Source: Sphagnum compactum
Lineage: Eukaryota
Assembly (NCBI GenBank): GCA_965153455.1
Contig: OZ234493.1
Span: 10,282,213 to 10,346,212, forward strand
Length of the DNA stretch: 64,000 nt
Direction: 5' to 3'
The notes beneath the pieces were generated by a model. The model was not told where the DNA came from and did no database searches. It saw nothing but the letters and a program-made list of their open reading frames with translations. Shown here one piece after another: positions 51,552 through 64,000 of this stretch (its first letter is position 1; the number at the start of each line of letters is the position of its first letter). Position numbers and translations under genes: made by a program.

Positions 51552-51578
<27 letters not shown>
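51552..51578. repeat. (GA)n tract upstream of the VQ gene (candidate BBR/BPC GAGA element in the promoter or 5' UTR)
   Basis: About 13 GA units, roughly 820 bp upstream of the VQ ATG. Confidence 0.6.
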
Positions 51579-52399
51579 GTAACTTGATCAAGGTTGAATC
51601 AGAGAGGACGTAGAGATCCAAGCTGAGTGTGACCGGTGAAATCGAAGGCGTTGGAGAGGGTTTCAGTCAGAGTACGGTTGTTCATCATTGAAGCTCGTGG
51701 AGACTGATGGAGAAAGATCCGGCCGAGAGGGGATCGTAATCTAGAGAGACTGTGTGGCAAAGTTAGTCATAGAAATCTAGTAGAGCTCTAGACTTTGAGG
51801 AAGGGTTTCAGTTACAGTGTCAGCTTTCAGGAGATTTGAGTGGCTTGGGGGGAAGATTCGGAGCTCAAGACAGTGCAACGTGAGAGACACATTCCAGGAA
51901 CAGCTCAAGATCGTGCTCCTAGCTTCGCAGGTCTCCGGCGACAGCCACAAAAGAAAGAAAATTGTTAGAAAACCATGTTCTGCTGACTTGCTGTTTGAGC
52001 ACTGGTGTAGTCTAGCTTAATGTTTTGCAGCCTTAGCTCAAGTGCTGCAAGCATACTGTCGTGCTCATACATGTAAGGTCGTGTGTTAGTTTTTCCATGT
52101 GATCAGCTCGTTGTGCGTGACCTGAATCTTGTAGAGAACAACGCGTTTTAGAGATCTACTTATTCCTCCGTAAGGTAGTGGAAGAGAGACGTAGAGTGCA
52201 GACATCGACTGCGTGTGCCTGTGTGTCCCTTTGGAGAAGGAGGAGGATGTTGATTAGACTTCCACCACCATAATTCAGACGTCCTCGACTCAGGTCGATA
52301 AGTTGAACTTCTGAGCATTTAGGCTGAGACTTACAAAAAAATTTCTTGTTTCACTTCCGTCAAGATCACAGCCTCTTCAGCAGCTAGGAAGTTCGAGCC

Positions 52400-53485
52400 A
52401 TGGCTCCGTACATATCTGAGAACGACGGATTTACCGAGGAGTATACCAAGAGTGGAGACCCAATGCTCGGCCTGTGTAAGACCTCGCACACTCTTGGAAA
52501 ACCCGCCACAAGCAGCAGGTCGCCTGGCGGAGTTCGTCGAAAGGGATCGAGTCATCATCATCCTGAGGCGACGTCGACGATGAATGCGCCCACTATTCGA
52601 GTAATCCACATTTTCGCTCCCAAGATCATCAAGACTGACATCGCCAACTTCCGCTCGACAGTTCAAAGACTGACTGGTCGAACTCGCAGCAAACCGGATA
52701 ATATTGGACCGCAAGTACGAAGAGCTCGAACCAAGACAGTGGTCGCAGCAGCTGCTTGCGGCGCAGCGGTGGGTTTGCCGGATTCTTCTTCAGGTTTTCA
52801 AGCTGATACTGATCACCATCACCAGCTCTTGAGTCGGCAAAGTAGTATCTCGGCGCACGCCGCCGGTGATTCGACTACGTTTCCGACGGTCCGGGAAGGA
52901 CTGTCCGCGTGTTGCACGGATCAACAAGACTCACCAGACTTACGATGCAGCAACAACATGGAAACTGATAATTACAGTCTGACTTCCAACAGCATGGACA
53001 GCTCTACTTTCAGTTTTTACAGCAGCATCGACTCGAACACATGCAACCAGGACTTGCTCCAGAACCAAGGCGCAATGCATTCTCCAGGATCAGATGGAAG
53101 CAGCTTCTTCTCGCACCGACAAGCTGCGTATTCGCTGAATGAAATTCCGGCGCCCTTCTTCTCGGGAGACTTTCTTCAGTCCACTGCAGAACTTATGCCG
53201 AGCTGCTGCAACGTCACTCAGGATTTTGCGTCGACTCTGCAGCAAACTACTACGGCCTCATCATCTGCAGCAGCTCTTGCAGCAGAAATCACGTCCAGAG
53301 ACTTCTTTTTGCCTCTTCCACCTCTTGATTACAGTGGACTAGCGAGTTTCAGCGATTTGGATATTCTCGCAGGTCTTGGATCCACGTTGCCGGACTTGCC
53401 GCTGAATTTGCCACCGTTGGTCTCCAGCTCTAGTAATGGGCTATTCTACGACAGTATCTTGATGCAGCCTCCACTCTGCAGATAA
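52400..53485 (+). CDS. VQ-motif-containing protein (WRKY/MAPK co-regulator family), 361 aa, single exon
   Basis: Uninterrupted GC-rich ORF with good start context (gccATGG). IRVIHIFAPKIIKTDIANFRSTVQRLTG carries the canonical FxxxVQxLTG motif (52649-52678). Ser/Pro/Leu-rich C-terminus. Confidence 0.93.
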   Translation: MAPYISENDGFTEEYTKSGDPMLGLCKTSHTLGKPATSSRSPGGVRRKGSSHHHPEATSTMNAPTIRVIHIFAPKIIKTDIANFRSTVQRLTGRTRSKPDNIGPQVRRARTKTVVAAAACGAAVGLPDSSSGFQADTDHHHQLLSRQSSISAHAAGDSTTFPTVREGLSACCTDQQDSPDLRCSNNMETDNYSLTSNSMDSSTFSFYSSIDSNTCNQDLLQNQGAMHSPGSDGSSFFSHRQAAYSLNEIPAPFFSGDFLQSTAELMPSCCNVTQDFASTLQQTTTASSSAAALAAEITSRDFFLPLPPLDYSGLASFSDLDILAGLGSTLPDLPLNLPPLVSSSSNGLFYDSILMQPPLCR

Positions 53486-56400
53486 GCTTTGGAGCAGCTT
53501 TTCACGAGGCACAGCATTCAAGGTTAAAGAATCTCGTGGTAAGCTTCATTTCGAGACCTCACTGGTGCAGACATGATAGCATTGTCACAGTTGATCGATT
53601 TACAGCTTGCGCTCAATGGTTGACCAATTGATCCTTCCTTCGAACTTGCATTGTCCTAGCTATCTATCCTGCAATAAAACAAAGAAGCATCCAGGCTGCC
53701 AACATTGGTTTCCGGTCAAGACCTGCCATGTGATTTGAAGGAAATGGTAAAACTCTGGATTGATTTGTGATAGAATTCGACCGCGGTAAACCCTAACGCA
53801 GCGCGGTAGGTTCTTCTATATGAAAGTTCTCCAAGCTGATCATGGGATGGAGCTGCAAGTCTCGCTCATGACCTGCTCATCATGTGGTGTCCTTTCTGAT
53901 CATCATGCATGATGCAGGTGTTGTTGGAGCTCAATGTATGAATTTTCTAAATTTCCAGCTCGGGAGAGGACCACCGAAATGGTGCGCGCGCGCGTCTTAG
54001 ATCGACGCGTCTTTTTCATTCTAATTGAGATCACCGGCAGTTTCAGCGAATTGTCAACAGCTTGATGTATTGACATGTTGCCATGAGGGATCGATCCATG
54101 TGGTGTGGTGTAAATAAGCAATGATCAATTCAGCATCGAACCAAGATCAAGGTCTCGATACCAGTGCAATCATCACGGCTGCTGCAAACTGTACGTAGCT
54201 ACAAGCGGCAGCAGGGCACCTGAATACTCTCGAGCTGCAGTCACCAGCTGCTGCTCGCCTAAAAAACTAGTGTGCAGCAATATTAGAGAGACTTAGCATT
54301 TCATTTCAGCTTGTTTGAGATCAAAGAGCTCAACTGAACTGAAAATTCAGCTGACTGACTGACTGACTGACGATGATCACTATTGTCGTTCTTCTTTCGG
54401 TGGAAGGACGTGTACCAGCTCATGTTTGGGCTGCTCATGAGCTTCTTACAAATTCCTATTTGGCTTTACTCATAGATGCACCGAGTGTAAGATAGCTCTA
54501 GTGCAGCAGTTGTAGTACTTTTTTTTGGACATCGAGATGTAGACAACAGCTTGCTAGGTTTGAATCTCGATCAACGTCGTCTAGAACATGCAGCAGCGGC
54601 CAGTGGTACAGCAGCTAGTTCCATTGCAGGACCAGCAGCAAATTTTACTCTCACGTGATCAGTGAGGCCTTCATAAGACTCCAGCTTCGTTTGGAGTACT
54701 ATAGAAAATCAGAAATTTTTCTTGGCAGAATTATTACAGTTAATAATAAAGAGATCATATAGTTCACAAGGAACTTTTGTAGGTTCCAGAGCTGGAAATT
54801 TGCTGGATTCCCCTGGGTTGTATGTTATCGACTGTGGTCTCTCTCTCAGATCACGACCAATGTGATAATCTTGACGTCTTTGTTTAGTGCAGATCAGTCT
54901 CGAAAAAACTGGCAATATATGTAACGCGTCCTTCGGCCACTAGAGTCACATAATCAGGTGCAGCTGCTAGCTCTTTCTTTCGCATGCAGAAATTGATGCA
55001 GCAATAGGCACCTGCACTGGTGGAACTGAGTTTAGTTTTGTTCGTACTAGTAAAATAATAAGAAAGTTGTTCTTGTGCTGTTTCTGCTTCTGTCCTTAAA
55101 GTTTTTCAAGCGAGTGATTAATTAATCTGTTCCTGATTTCAGTGTCTAGAACTACTTGATCTGTCCTGGAAGCTGTGACGGAGCTGCCGTTTCTGGTTCA
55201 ACCTCCTTGATACCATCAATTCTGGTTTTGGGGGACGCAGTTTCTTTCAAAGGTTCTGATTTGTCCAGAGTTATATGTAAAGTCCTGAGCTTTTTAATAC
55301 TTAGTTCATGCACGTATCCTGCTTCCAACAGATGAATATATGTCAACTTTCTTCAAGTACTGGAAGTTTCGATCATAATGAGACAAATTAGCATAGTGAT
55401 TAGCTGAGATTCAAGTGCAGGAAACATAATTAAACACAAGAAACTCTTGTGGCATTAGGGAAAAGAGTGGAAACCTCTGACAAATTTAAGCTGAATTAAC
55501 AAAACATAGGGAAACCTCTCCAAGGGAATCGTGTGACGAATATTTCAATGTTTTATTCTAATTTTCCGGTTGTGAAACAGAGGAATCATTGTATTTTTCC
55601 ATTGACAAACAAACCATTTCATGTTTGCATAGGGGAAATTCAAGTTTTCCTTGACGGTCCCACAGGGAACCCTAAAAAAGTTTCTTGTGAGAATGGTAGA
55701 CAGTTTCAGTAATTAGATCCAGTACTAGCTGAGTTAGCTATTGATATTCATCAGAAGGATAAGATGATCTATTAATCCTTTCTTTCTTCTAAACTCTAGA
55801 GACTTTACTTCTCACAAATCTGCTTGAGAAAGAAGGATAATTAGCGAGAGAGGTACTCTGAAGGACATTGAGGATGGAAGCATAATAAAGTAAACAATGA
55901 AATTACTTTGTGAGAGCTGAATTTAATGTTACAACAAAATCCATTACAAAATTATTTTTTCATAGTAACTTCCCAAATCAGTTCTTTAATTGAGCTCTTG
56001 TGCGATGTCGCAGATTCTGGTCGACAAATTCTGGTATCTTTTTCATAAACGGCTAAAATCCAACTTGTCGAGTAAAGCTCTAGTTCCAAGTACTTCCAGA
56101 GCTGCAAGTACTTCCCAGAACAACTACTGGGGCTAATCACGTGCTTAAAGCCTCGATGTATTTGTCTTAAGTGGGGCAGCTCTAAGTGTTAAATGTTATT
56201 TAATCTTGCAGGGCGCTGTGTTAAGCTCTTGATTGACAAAGGGAAAGCAGCAGAACAGAACATGCACAGCACTTTTCCCAGATGACTCACAGATGACTCA
56301 CAGCTCTACTGTTCAGCTGCTGTCATCACGCGGTACGTACGTTTGAATTGTCACCTAAGCTCTGCAGTACACATGGTTTGCTCATTAGCTCTGGGTGTAT

Positions 56401-58958
56401 ATGTAGAACTTTGAAAACAAAATTACATATATATATATATATATATGCAGGCTGAAAAAGCACTAGTTAGTGATCATGACTTTAAGAATATACCTCACTC
56501 CAGAGCAATACACAAATCTTTTGTCCATTTGCAACACTTGCACAAGGCACACATATCATCATTCACAATAAAGAATTCATGTCCACACAAATCTGGTTAG
56601 GATCCTCCAAGTTGACACCATTTTCTAGCTGTCCAAGCTAACCTTAGCTAATACTAAGGGTTGGGGTGGGGAATGGGATCCTAGTATCCTACTAAAACCA
56701 AAAGCTTAATCAGTCCTATGGAAACCTATCGTCTTTCGTTCTACTAGATGAGTATAGAGAGCATGCAAATGAAAACAAACTCATGGGTTTTGTGGTGAGT
56801 CAAGAAGGACCCAGTACTTTTTCTTTTGGAAAATCTCAGTTGCACACCTTTCAAGGGGTATATATAATACTTTAAAACCAGCTCTACATCAAAAAGGTTT
56901 TTAGGGCCAATAATAACATATTTTCATCTGCCTCACTCACTTTGCTAGTACTGCAAGATTTGGACTGTTTGAATCCTGTTTCAGCAACCATGATCCCATG
57001 CTGGGTCACTTATACTTGAGCATAACTGCATTCAGATCAAACCAATACCTAACCCAAACTAGTTGGACTATTAGCTGATGGCGTTGCCTTATTGTCTGCC
57101 TGCTGTTCTGCTTTGTTTACCAGTTGCAACATGTTTATTCAGATCTCTGTTGATCCAGCTTGTGTCTTGCTCATTAACCCTCTTCAGTTAACCATGAGTT
57201 AAACTGCTGCTGTGAACTAGTGACTGTTTTGATTAGGCAGGTCTGCTCCATATAAAAAAGCACTGGGGCTGTGGTGGGTAGAGAAAAAGATCTGATCAGC
57301 AGTAGCAATACGGTCTGTAATTACGAACCACCCCATAACTGTTGGAACAGCTCTGAGTGATAGAAAAATCTTACCTGTACGACAATACAAAGGAAAATTT
57401 GAATTATTTTTTAGTCAGAAATGAAAGAGGGAGCTCTCCATTCTAGGAAATACACAGGGAAAATTTGTTACATTTCAGATGTTAATTTCAGTTGAAAGTC
57501 TCCACCAGGGCCACATGAAGATCACAATACACAAAAGGCCACCTGGGCAAATGTTAATTTGAGCCTCTGGATTTAGGGTTTAGGGTTTGGAATAGATCTA
57601 CATTCTGATTTGTCAAATATAGTTGTGTTGATTTTAAGCCAACATTCAGGCAGAGATTTCTGTTCTTCAACTTTTGAGGTTTAAAAAGGTAATCGTACAA
57701 AGGGAATAAATTTATGAGTTAAAGTTTTTATATATTTGTGCCTCTGTTTTTTACCCTAACTCCAAAAGATTTCAGGGTTTTTATTATTATGGAAAAGCCC
57801 ATACTCCCAATCTCTAACAACTAGAGAAGTCCACTGTATGTGTAAAGTACAGAGAACTGTCCCAACCCCTAACAACTAGAGGGATTCAACTGCATATAAG
57901 TACAGATAACTGTCCATGACCTTTAATAAATGCTGTCAGGATAATGAGACCAGAAGCTAGGTACGCTACTTATAGAGAGGAATGGACCTGGTGGTAGGAG
58001 GCAATGGGTATCGTCAGCTGGGATATTTATTAGGTGCAAATCATTTAGAAGAGGAATATGACTTCAAACCCAATCTAAGGTCAAACAAGGGTTGTGTCTA
58101 GACTCTAAGACTGATCAACTGTTCACGAGGGAATTGCTTGATGAGGTGGCGGGGGGGGGTGTCAGATGGATGGAACATGGTAACAACAGCCTACAGTGCC
58201 AGAATTCTCCTCCTCCTTCTTTTTTCCTTTCTGTGTCTGGCTTTGAACTTTTTGTTTTGTATTGCTCACCATAACCATTTGGAGCTTATCTCCACCGTCC
58301 ACATGGTTGAAAAAGATTCCTTTAAAGAAAATTGAATTTACTGCTTACCCATCAATTAAAAATTTCAAAAGGAACAATGTTGACACATCAGGCATTTAAG
58401 GTGTGAATATGTGTTTCGGTATTTCCCATCAAGTTGCTTGCCACCAATAGAAGGACTCCTGTGGGCCTGTTTTTCACCTTCTGCTTGCCACCAAAAGTTC
58501 AATCAAGTAAATATATGTTACGTACTCAAGGAAATATCCTGCGCAAGATAATAAAGATAGAACGCATGAATTGCATTTCAAACTTATAGAGAGTAGCAAA
58601 GATCACCTCTTGAATAAAATACTTACTAGTCGACTATGGGTTGTCTAAAATAGCCCAATTCAGACAGTTTGATAATGTTTCCGCACAGTAAGATTTCTTC
58701 TTTTCAAGCATTTCTTTTGTTGCCCGCATTCAATTACAATGTTTCCCCCACAATAAGATTTCTTCTTTTCAAGCATTTCTCTTGTTGCCTACATTCACTT
58801 ACAGTTCCTTCACAATGAGTTTGGTTCTTCACTCAGAAAATAAAATCAGGTTCCAATTTCTGTACACCATTCTCACATCCATCATGAGCCCCACTTTGTG
58901 CTGGTCTTTTGCACTCATGGCCAAATGAATTGAGTCCCTCCGACAATAGGGTATATAT

Positions 58959-59100
58959 TAGTGTTGCCCAGTTATTGCTTTATTGGTAATAGCCACAGGA
59001 TCGGTTACTATAATGACCATTGGTTATGCATACAGGTAGGTTTTCAGATAAACCAGTTGAGAACCTCTGACTATACACCTGTTATAGGTTTTTTTTAAAT
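58959..59100. mobile_element. Truncated relative of the 17141-17553 hAT MITE
   Basis: Starts tagtgttgcccagtta (compare cagagttggccagtta). Contains caggtaggtt and gttgagaacc, which match the reverse complement of 17350-17530. No second TIR found. Confidence 0.5.
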
Positions 59101-61189
59101 TAAAAAGAATTCTATGATAGTAGTCTAGCAAAGCACATAGTGGGCTTAATGGGCTTTCTGGCTGATGATGACCCATCTGACCATCCACAGTCCCAAAGTT
59201 TTGACCCTAGTTTGTTCTTACTGTTCATGCATGCATGTGCAATAAGATTCTGTGCTGAACACTCGAGGCCCCAAGGGTTCAAGAAGAGGGTGAGATAAAC
59301 AGCTTCCTTGTAATAAACTAGTATAGATTGGGTACTGTTGATTGCTGTTGTTGTTGTTGCCAGTCATGCTCAAGTGTTGGGTTCCATCAGGCTAGTGGGC
59401 CTTCCTCTTACTTACCCCCTACTTACGTACTTTGAGAGAGAGAGAGAGAGGGGAGTGCTGTTGTTGATGATGCAATTCAATATTAGCCATTCCTTCATCC
59501 ATATCCAGTCAGTACTTTTTGTTTTCAAGTAAGCTGTGATAAGCTGACCACACCACCATGCCATCCATCCCCTTAGCTCGTACTGTAGGGCATGTACTAT
59601 AGCCGACCATCGTAAATACCATATGAGCTGATGAGCCGAGCTTGCCTGTATGTATATTGTTGTAGCCCATATCACATCAAGCTAAGTGGCTAGTGGAAGG
59701 AGTTAGCTAGTCAGACATACAAACTAACTCTCTGAAACCATGTATATAGTAGCAAAAGCATGTAATCAAAGAAGGTAAAATGAAAAGTTGTTATGGAAAG
59801 GAAAGAGGTGTCGTCAGCCAGGTGAAACCTCATAAATTCATTACCCACCGACTTCCCAACGGTATATTCTAGACAGGATCCAGCAGCCAATTACCCAGGC
59901 AACTAGACTCCTTTTTGGTTGTTGTTGGAGTGGATTTCATGAATGAGGCTGTCCATATTTCTGGGTGGACCTAGATGACCACCAATTCTCATCAAAACAC
60001 TGCTATTGATGGAGAGAATACACCGAAAAGCACTAATGAGCTGCTCCCCTTGCTCCACCTTCTATCATTGCAACCATGTAACCTATCCTCTGTTTCAAAA
60101 TGTCATAGGTAAAAGGATTGGCCAAAAGATTCTTGTTTGTTGTTTCCCTTTGCAAACAGGAAGAATCCTTAACTTATCTCCTGAGATAATAGAGTTATCC
60201 AGAAAGTATCTCAAACTGTGGTACTGGGCCCCAGTTACATTGAAACCAGAGATGAGAAGTCAGGAAGAAGAAATTAGAGAGGGAAAAGACATGGGACAAA
60301 TTAGTCATTGCACCTAAATAGGTCCTTAGCAGAATTTCACTTCCAGTTTTGGGATTTCCATTTCCCTTAGCTGTGCCTTTCCTGCTGCTCATATTCTTCA
60401 TTAAATCAAAGCCTTATCAAAATAAGATCCTGCAAGTCTTCTCAACTGATGCTCAGTTTCATGAGACAATACCCAATTTTGGCCACTTTGAGGATGCACT
60501 CAAAATGGGGATGAAACAGGGATTAGAGGGTCAAACTAGGGTCCAAAGATAGTGTGACTTTGCTGATAACTCTACTTTGCCAACTTTTTGGAACTAAATT
60601 TTCATTCTAGCCTAAAATGACCCCCAAACTTCTTCCAAAAGATGATGTCATTAGTGTTGATGTAAAGAAGGTTAGTGCATGGGTACAACACAAGCAACGT
60701 GTGGGTGTACTTCTACTATTCACAAAGTTTGGAAACAGAGAATAGCAGTTAGGATAGGAGGTCCGGTCAAGATTTGATCCCAGATCTTTATGAACTAATT
60801 ATATATGATTTCCGGTACCTGAACTAACCTTCTTGGAATGGGGAATTTGGAGCTACTTGTTTGTGGTTCTTGTATAATCTTGTTGCTATTGTTAAAGTTA
60901 CTTCTAGTGGATATTGTGTACTAGAGTTACCTTAAGATTTGTGGGGATGCAGTCACATGGATGACTCACTGACCACCTTCCTGGTGGAATAGGCTAGACT
61001 TCTTATATTATATCCATTGAAACACTACAATTTGTTGGATTTTCAATATTTGTTGCGCAAGTTAATTCATTATTTAGAAATTTTCTTACTTTTGGATAGT
61101 TTTTGACCCAAGCAATAGGGAATTGCCTCAATATATGGCTATTGGAGGGCTGTTTGGATATTATATGGAATAAAACTTTTGGTGGCATC

Positions 61190-62450
61190 AAGCTTATATT
61201 GACAGTCACCATTACTTTAATAGCCTATTTATGGAGTTAAGCCCTTATAATTTTCATCATAGTTATTAGGTTTATGATCAATGAATATCTTTTCATGCTT
61301 AAAACTTTAGCTTGAATTGATGACAACATCTCCCCTTTTCAGCAACACCTCAAAGCGCCATGCGATCTTCTATCACCTTTAGCATGTGTGTTTTTTTCCT
61401 TTTCAACAACTCATTGAGCAACAAATGGTTCAACTTTAAAATTTCATCTCAAAGTGTTTGCATCATCATACCTTGTTCAACATGCTTTTTGACAAGATAT
61501 TTAAAGTTCACCGTGTTCAAATTTTATCATGTTCCAACCTTCGGACGAATGCTTGGTTTACAAGTCAACCAATATTCACATCATTTCAATTATCTTCCCA
61601 AGTTCTTTCCACAACACTTTGGACATAGTTTGGATTACCGCATTCTTCAATTGTAAGTATTTTTTGATGCATGTGCACACCCCCCATCAATCCTATGGGT
61701 ATTCACCTCCTATGTTGCGCCCATGGCAACGAGCGCACAAAAACCCATGATGCAGTTCGTGACATTTTTATTACCATTATGCAAAATGTTGGTTTCCACG
61801 TGGGACAAAAACAACTAAATGTGCTTGTTTTAACCACGTCCAACTCCTTTCATCAACAAATCAATAGTGTGTTCATCAAAAATGAAATTCGCATTTTAAC
61901 TAATGTTGTCATTGTCGACCCAATGCAAACAAATTTATTTTTCTGATCTTGTGCAATTCAAGGATTTGTTGCCTCCAATGCAATTAAAACTAAAGAAAGG
62001 AGCTATCGTGACTAACACCGCATTAATCCAATTTTTTCCTTTAACAATTGAGATATTTAAATGTTTACACAAACAAGCTTGTGTTCTTATTTGATTGTGC
62101 CAATGCCATTTGAAACTTCAAAAGACCAAAAACCCTGGGAGATGAAGGTTTAAGGTTTAAAGTTTACTTTTATTTGTCAAAAAACATCAATTGCATTGCA
62201 AAGGATGCTAGCATCCTCCATCAAGTCAAGCAATAATAATAGGCCTAACTACTTCCTAACTTCCACACTTTCAAAACACAACCCCCATCGTCACAACTAA
62301 TTTGATAGAGGCAATTGGTTGTTGAAATGGGGAGACTTTGATATTAGTTTGTGCCAACTTGATGTCCCTCAAATTCTCCCTTCTCTTTTTTCTTATTCCT
62401 TCGTACATTTTTCAAATATGTGGTGTGTTTATAAATAAAGTTTTGCAAGG
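61190..62450 (+). mobile_element. 3' fragment of an RLE-encoding non-LTR retrotransposon (CRE-like)
   Basis: Zn-knuckle-like C..PINPMGIHLLCCAHGNERTKTHDAVRDIF, then VVIVDP and KTKERSY..FFPLTIEIF, in the order expected for a restriction-like endonuclease domain. Frameshifted; ataaataaa near 62431. Confidence 0.7.
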
Positions 62451-62478
62451 TTTGGTTGTTGTTTTTCACTCCCCCAAC

Positions 62479-62744
62479 CAGGGTTTCTTTTTTGGGCCAA
62501 ATGTTCCCACTTGGCCACAAAAAAAATGGTAATGCCACTTCCCACAAAGGATTTTTTTATCAAAACAATGTACAAAGTCACCATATTTTGAGGGAAAAAA
62601 AAACTGAATTCACCATGTTTAGATAACACATAGCAGGAATCCTAGTTTTCTCTAATGTCCTTTTGACCTGTAGCAAAATTTGGCTAAGACTACTTGTAGA
62701 AAATGGCCAAGCCATCTATCTCACAAAATTGAAAAAAAACCCTG
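62479..62744. mobile_element. hAT-type MITE
   Basis: TIRs cagggtttcttttt / aaaaaaaaccctg with a perfect 8-bp TSD cccccaac (62471-62478 / 62745-62752). Confidence 0.85.
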
Positions 62745-64000
62745 CCCCCAACTCTCAAATCTCCTTTTAACTTGTCCAATTGTGTTGAAATTATTTTTGC
62801 ATTTGAAGGAGTGAATTATATATTGGTGCTGCTAAGCTTTCATATGTTTACAAATGTACAGATTTTACTAGGTGTAATTTACATCACTGCTTCTTTGTTT
62901 GGCAAAACTCTGTGAAATGTTTTTTGAAGAAAACATGAATTTTTTTTGGATCCAAAATATGGTTTCCAAAGAACTATTCACCACTTTTGCAAATAAAAAA
63001 TTGAGAAAAACCCACTGATCTGCATCGGCCTTAGTGAGGCTCCCCATTCCCCACCCTCCACTGGTGCCCCACTTGCTCAACTAGATACGTTAGTGGTATT
63101 ATTATGCTATGTCGCTATGTAAAAGACCAACAATTCCACCAGTGAAGTTACTTGTAAGTAGTGTCTTCATCCTAAACAGATAAACTAGTTTTTAAATTAT
63201 TTCAATCACATACAATCTTGCAAACCTCAAAAAGGTTGAGTAATATTTAACCTTATATTGGGAAGATGGTCATGCACCTTTCAAACAACTAGGATACTGC
63301 AACAATACTTAAATAAATTGGGTATTTGTTGCAGTACATTTGCTACTTGGCAACTCCTTACTTTCTAACCTACAGTTTCATGGAACATTGCATGAAGGCC
63401 TCAAAAAAGTTGATAACCTCAGCAACAACTTAAGGGGAACTCTCTTTTGCACAGCTTCCCAAAACCCCAGAAGAGTCCAACACAACAGCCCTACTCATTT
63501 GCTGGTTTGTTTGCATTGGCTCTTTCAGTTGTTAGTACTGACTGCACTTTTTTATGCCACTAGTAATTCCATGCTTTCTTTTTGTTGTTACTATGCATTA
63601 GTAACAATATTATATATATATATATATATATATATTTCTTTTTGTTTGTGCTATGCTTCCAAAAAGGGGAGATTCCTGTTTAAGTTTGGCTAACAAATGG
63701 GTCCCAAAGTGTGAAGGTTCGTTTTTTTCTGATAGGTTAAGCCATTGTAAGGAGGAGAAAGTGAGATCCGGTCTTTACGTACCAAGAAGCTGTTAGCAAG
63801 CAGGGATGACGACAACTTTGTATTCACAAATAATCAAACGTGAAGATGACTTAGGGGATTTGGACGGTTGATGCGATTCAGCACATAAGAAGGGTGATTG
63901 TAGAATCCACATGCAAATGTATCTCCACAAATGATTCATCTAATCTGTCATCACTACTGTCTGTCTGTTTGATTTGGGGAGTAACAAAAGAGAGTGTTTA

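Noticed and set aside
41993-58800. Short local duplications (~29 bp near 41993-42054, 24 bp near 48121-48168, ~64 bp near 58683-58800)
   Set aside because: Ordinary slippage or repair duplications with no further structure.
50000-60000. Search by eye for conserved land-plant miRNAs (miR156/529/535, 160, 166, 171, 319, 390, 408)
   Set aside because: No mature-sequence match was seen; a computational scan would be needed to exclude them fully.

Overview
AT-rich, gene-poor eukaryotic nuclear DNA from a land plant. A moss, probably Sphagnum-like, is inferred from the PLS-DYW PPR style, the repeat families and the TTTAGGG motifs; the species cannot be fixed from sequence alone. Two intact single-exon CDSs are evident: a CRF-type AP2/ERF transcription factor (12499-14148, +) and a VQ-motif protein (52400-53485, +). 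There is also a decayed PLS-class PPR-E-DYW RNA-editing-factor pseudogene (38854-40787, +). Most of the rest is nested transposon debris: hAT elements and MITEs, a CACTA element, a solo LTR and older relatives, Helitron- and Helentron-like non-autonomous elements, a PIF/Harbinger relic and a CRE-like non-LTR 3' fragment. Three observations stand out. (1) A 5'-truncated Penelope-like retroelement with Naiad/Chlamys-type RT motifs ends without a C-terminal GIY-YIG domain and is followed by a densely structured 3' tail containing CTGATGA; it lies about 0.85 kb downstream of the CRF gene. (2) Two hAT elements are stacked at one 8-bp target, which suggests a GTnnnnAY target preference. (3) Both regulatory genes have uORF-rich leaders whose last uORF ends in Pro-Pro-stop. 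All calls were made by eye, without database searches.
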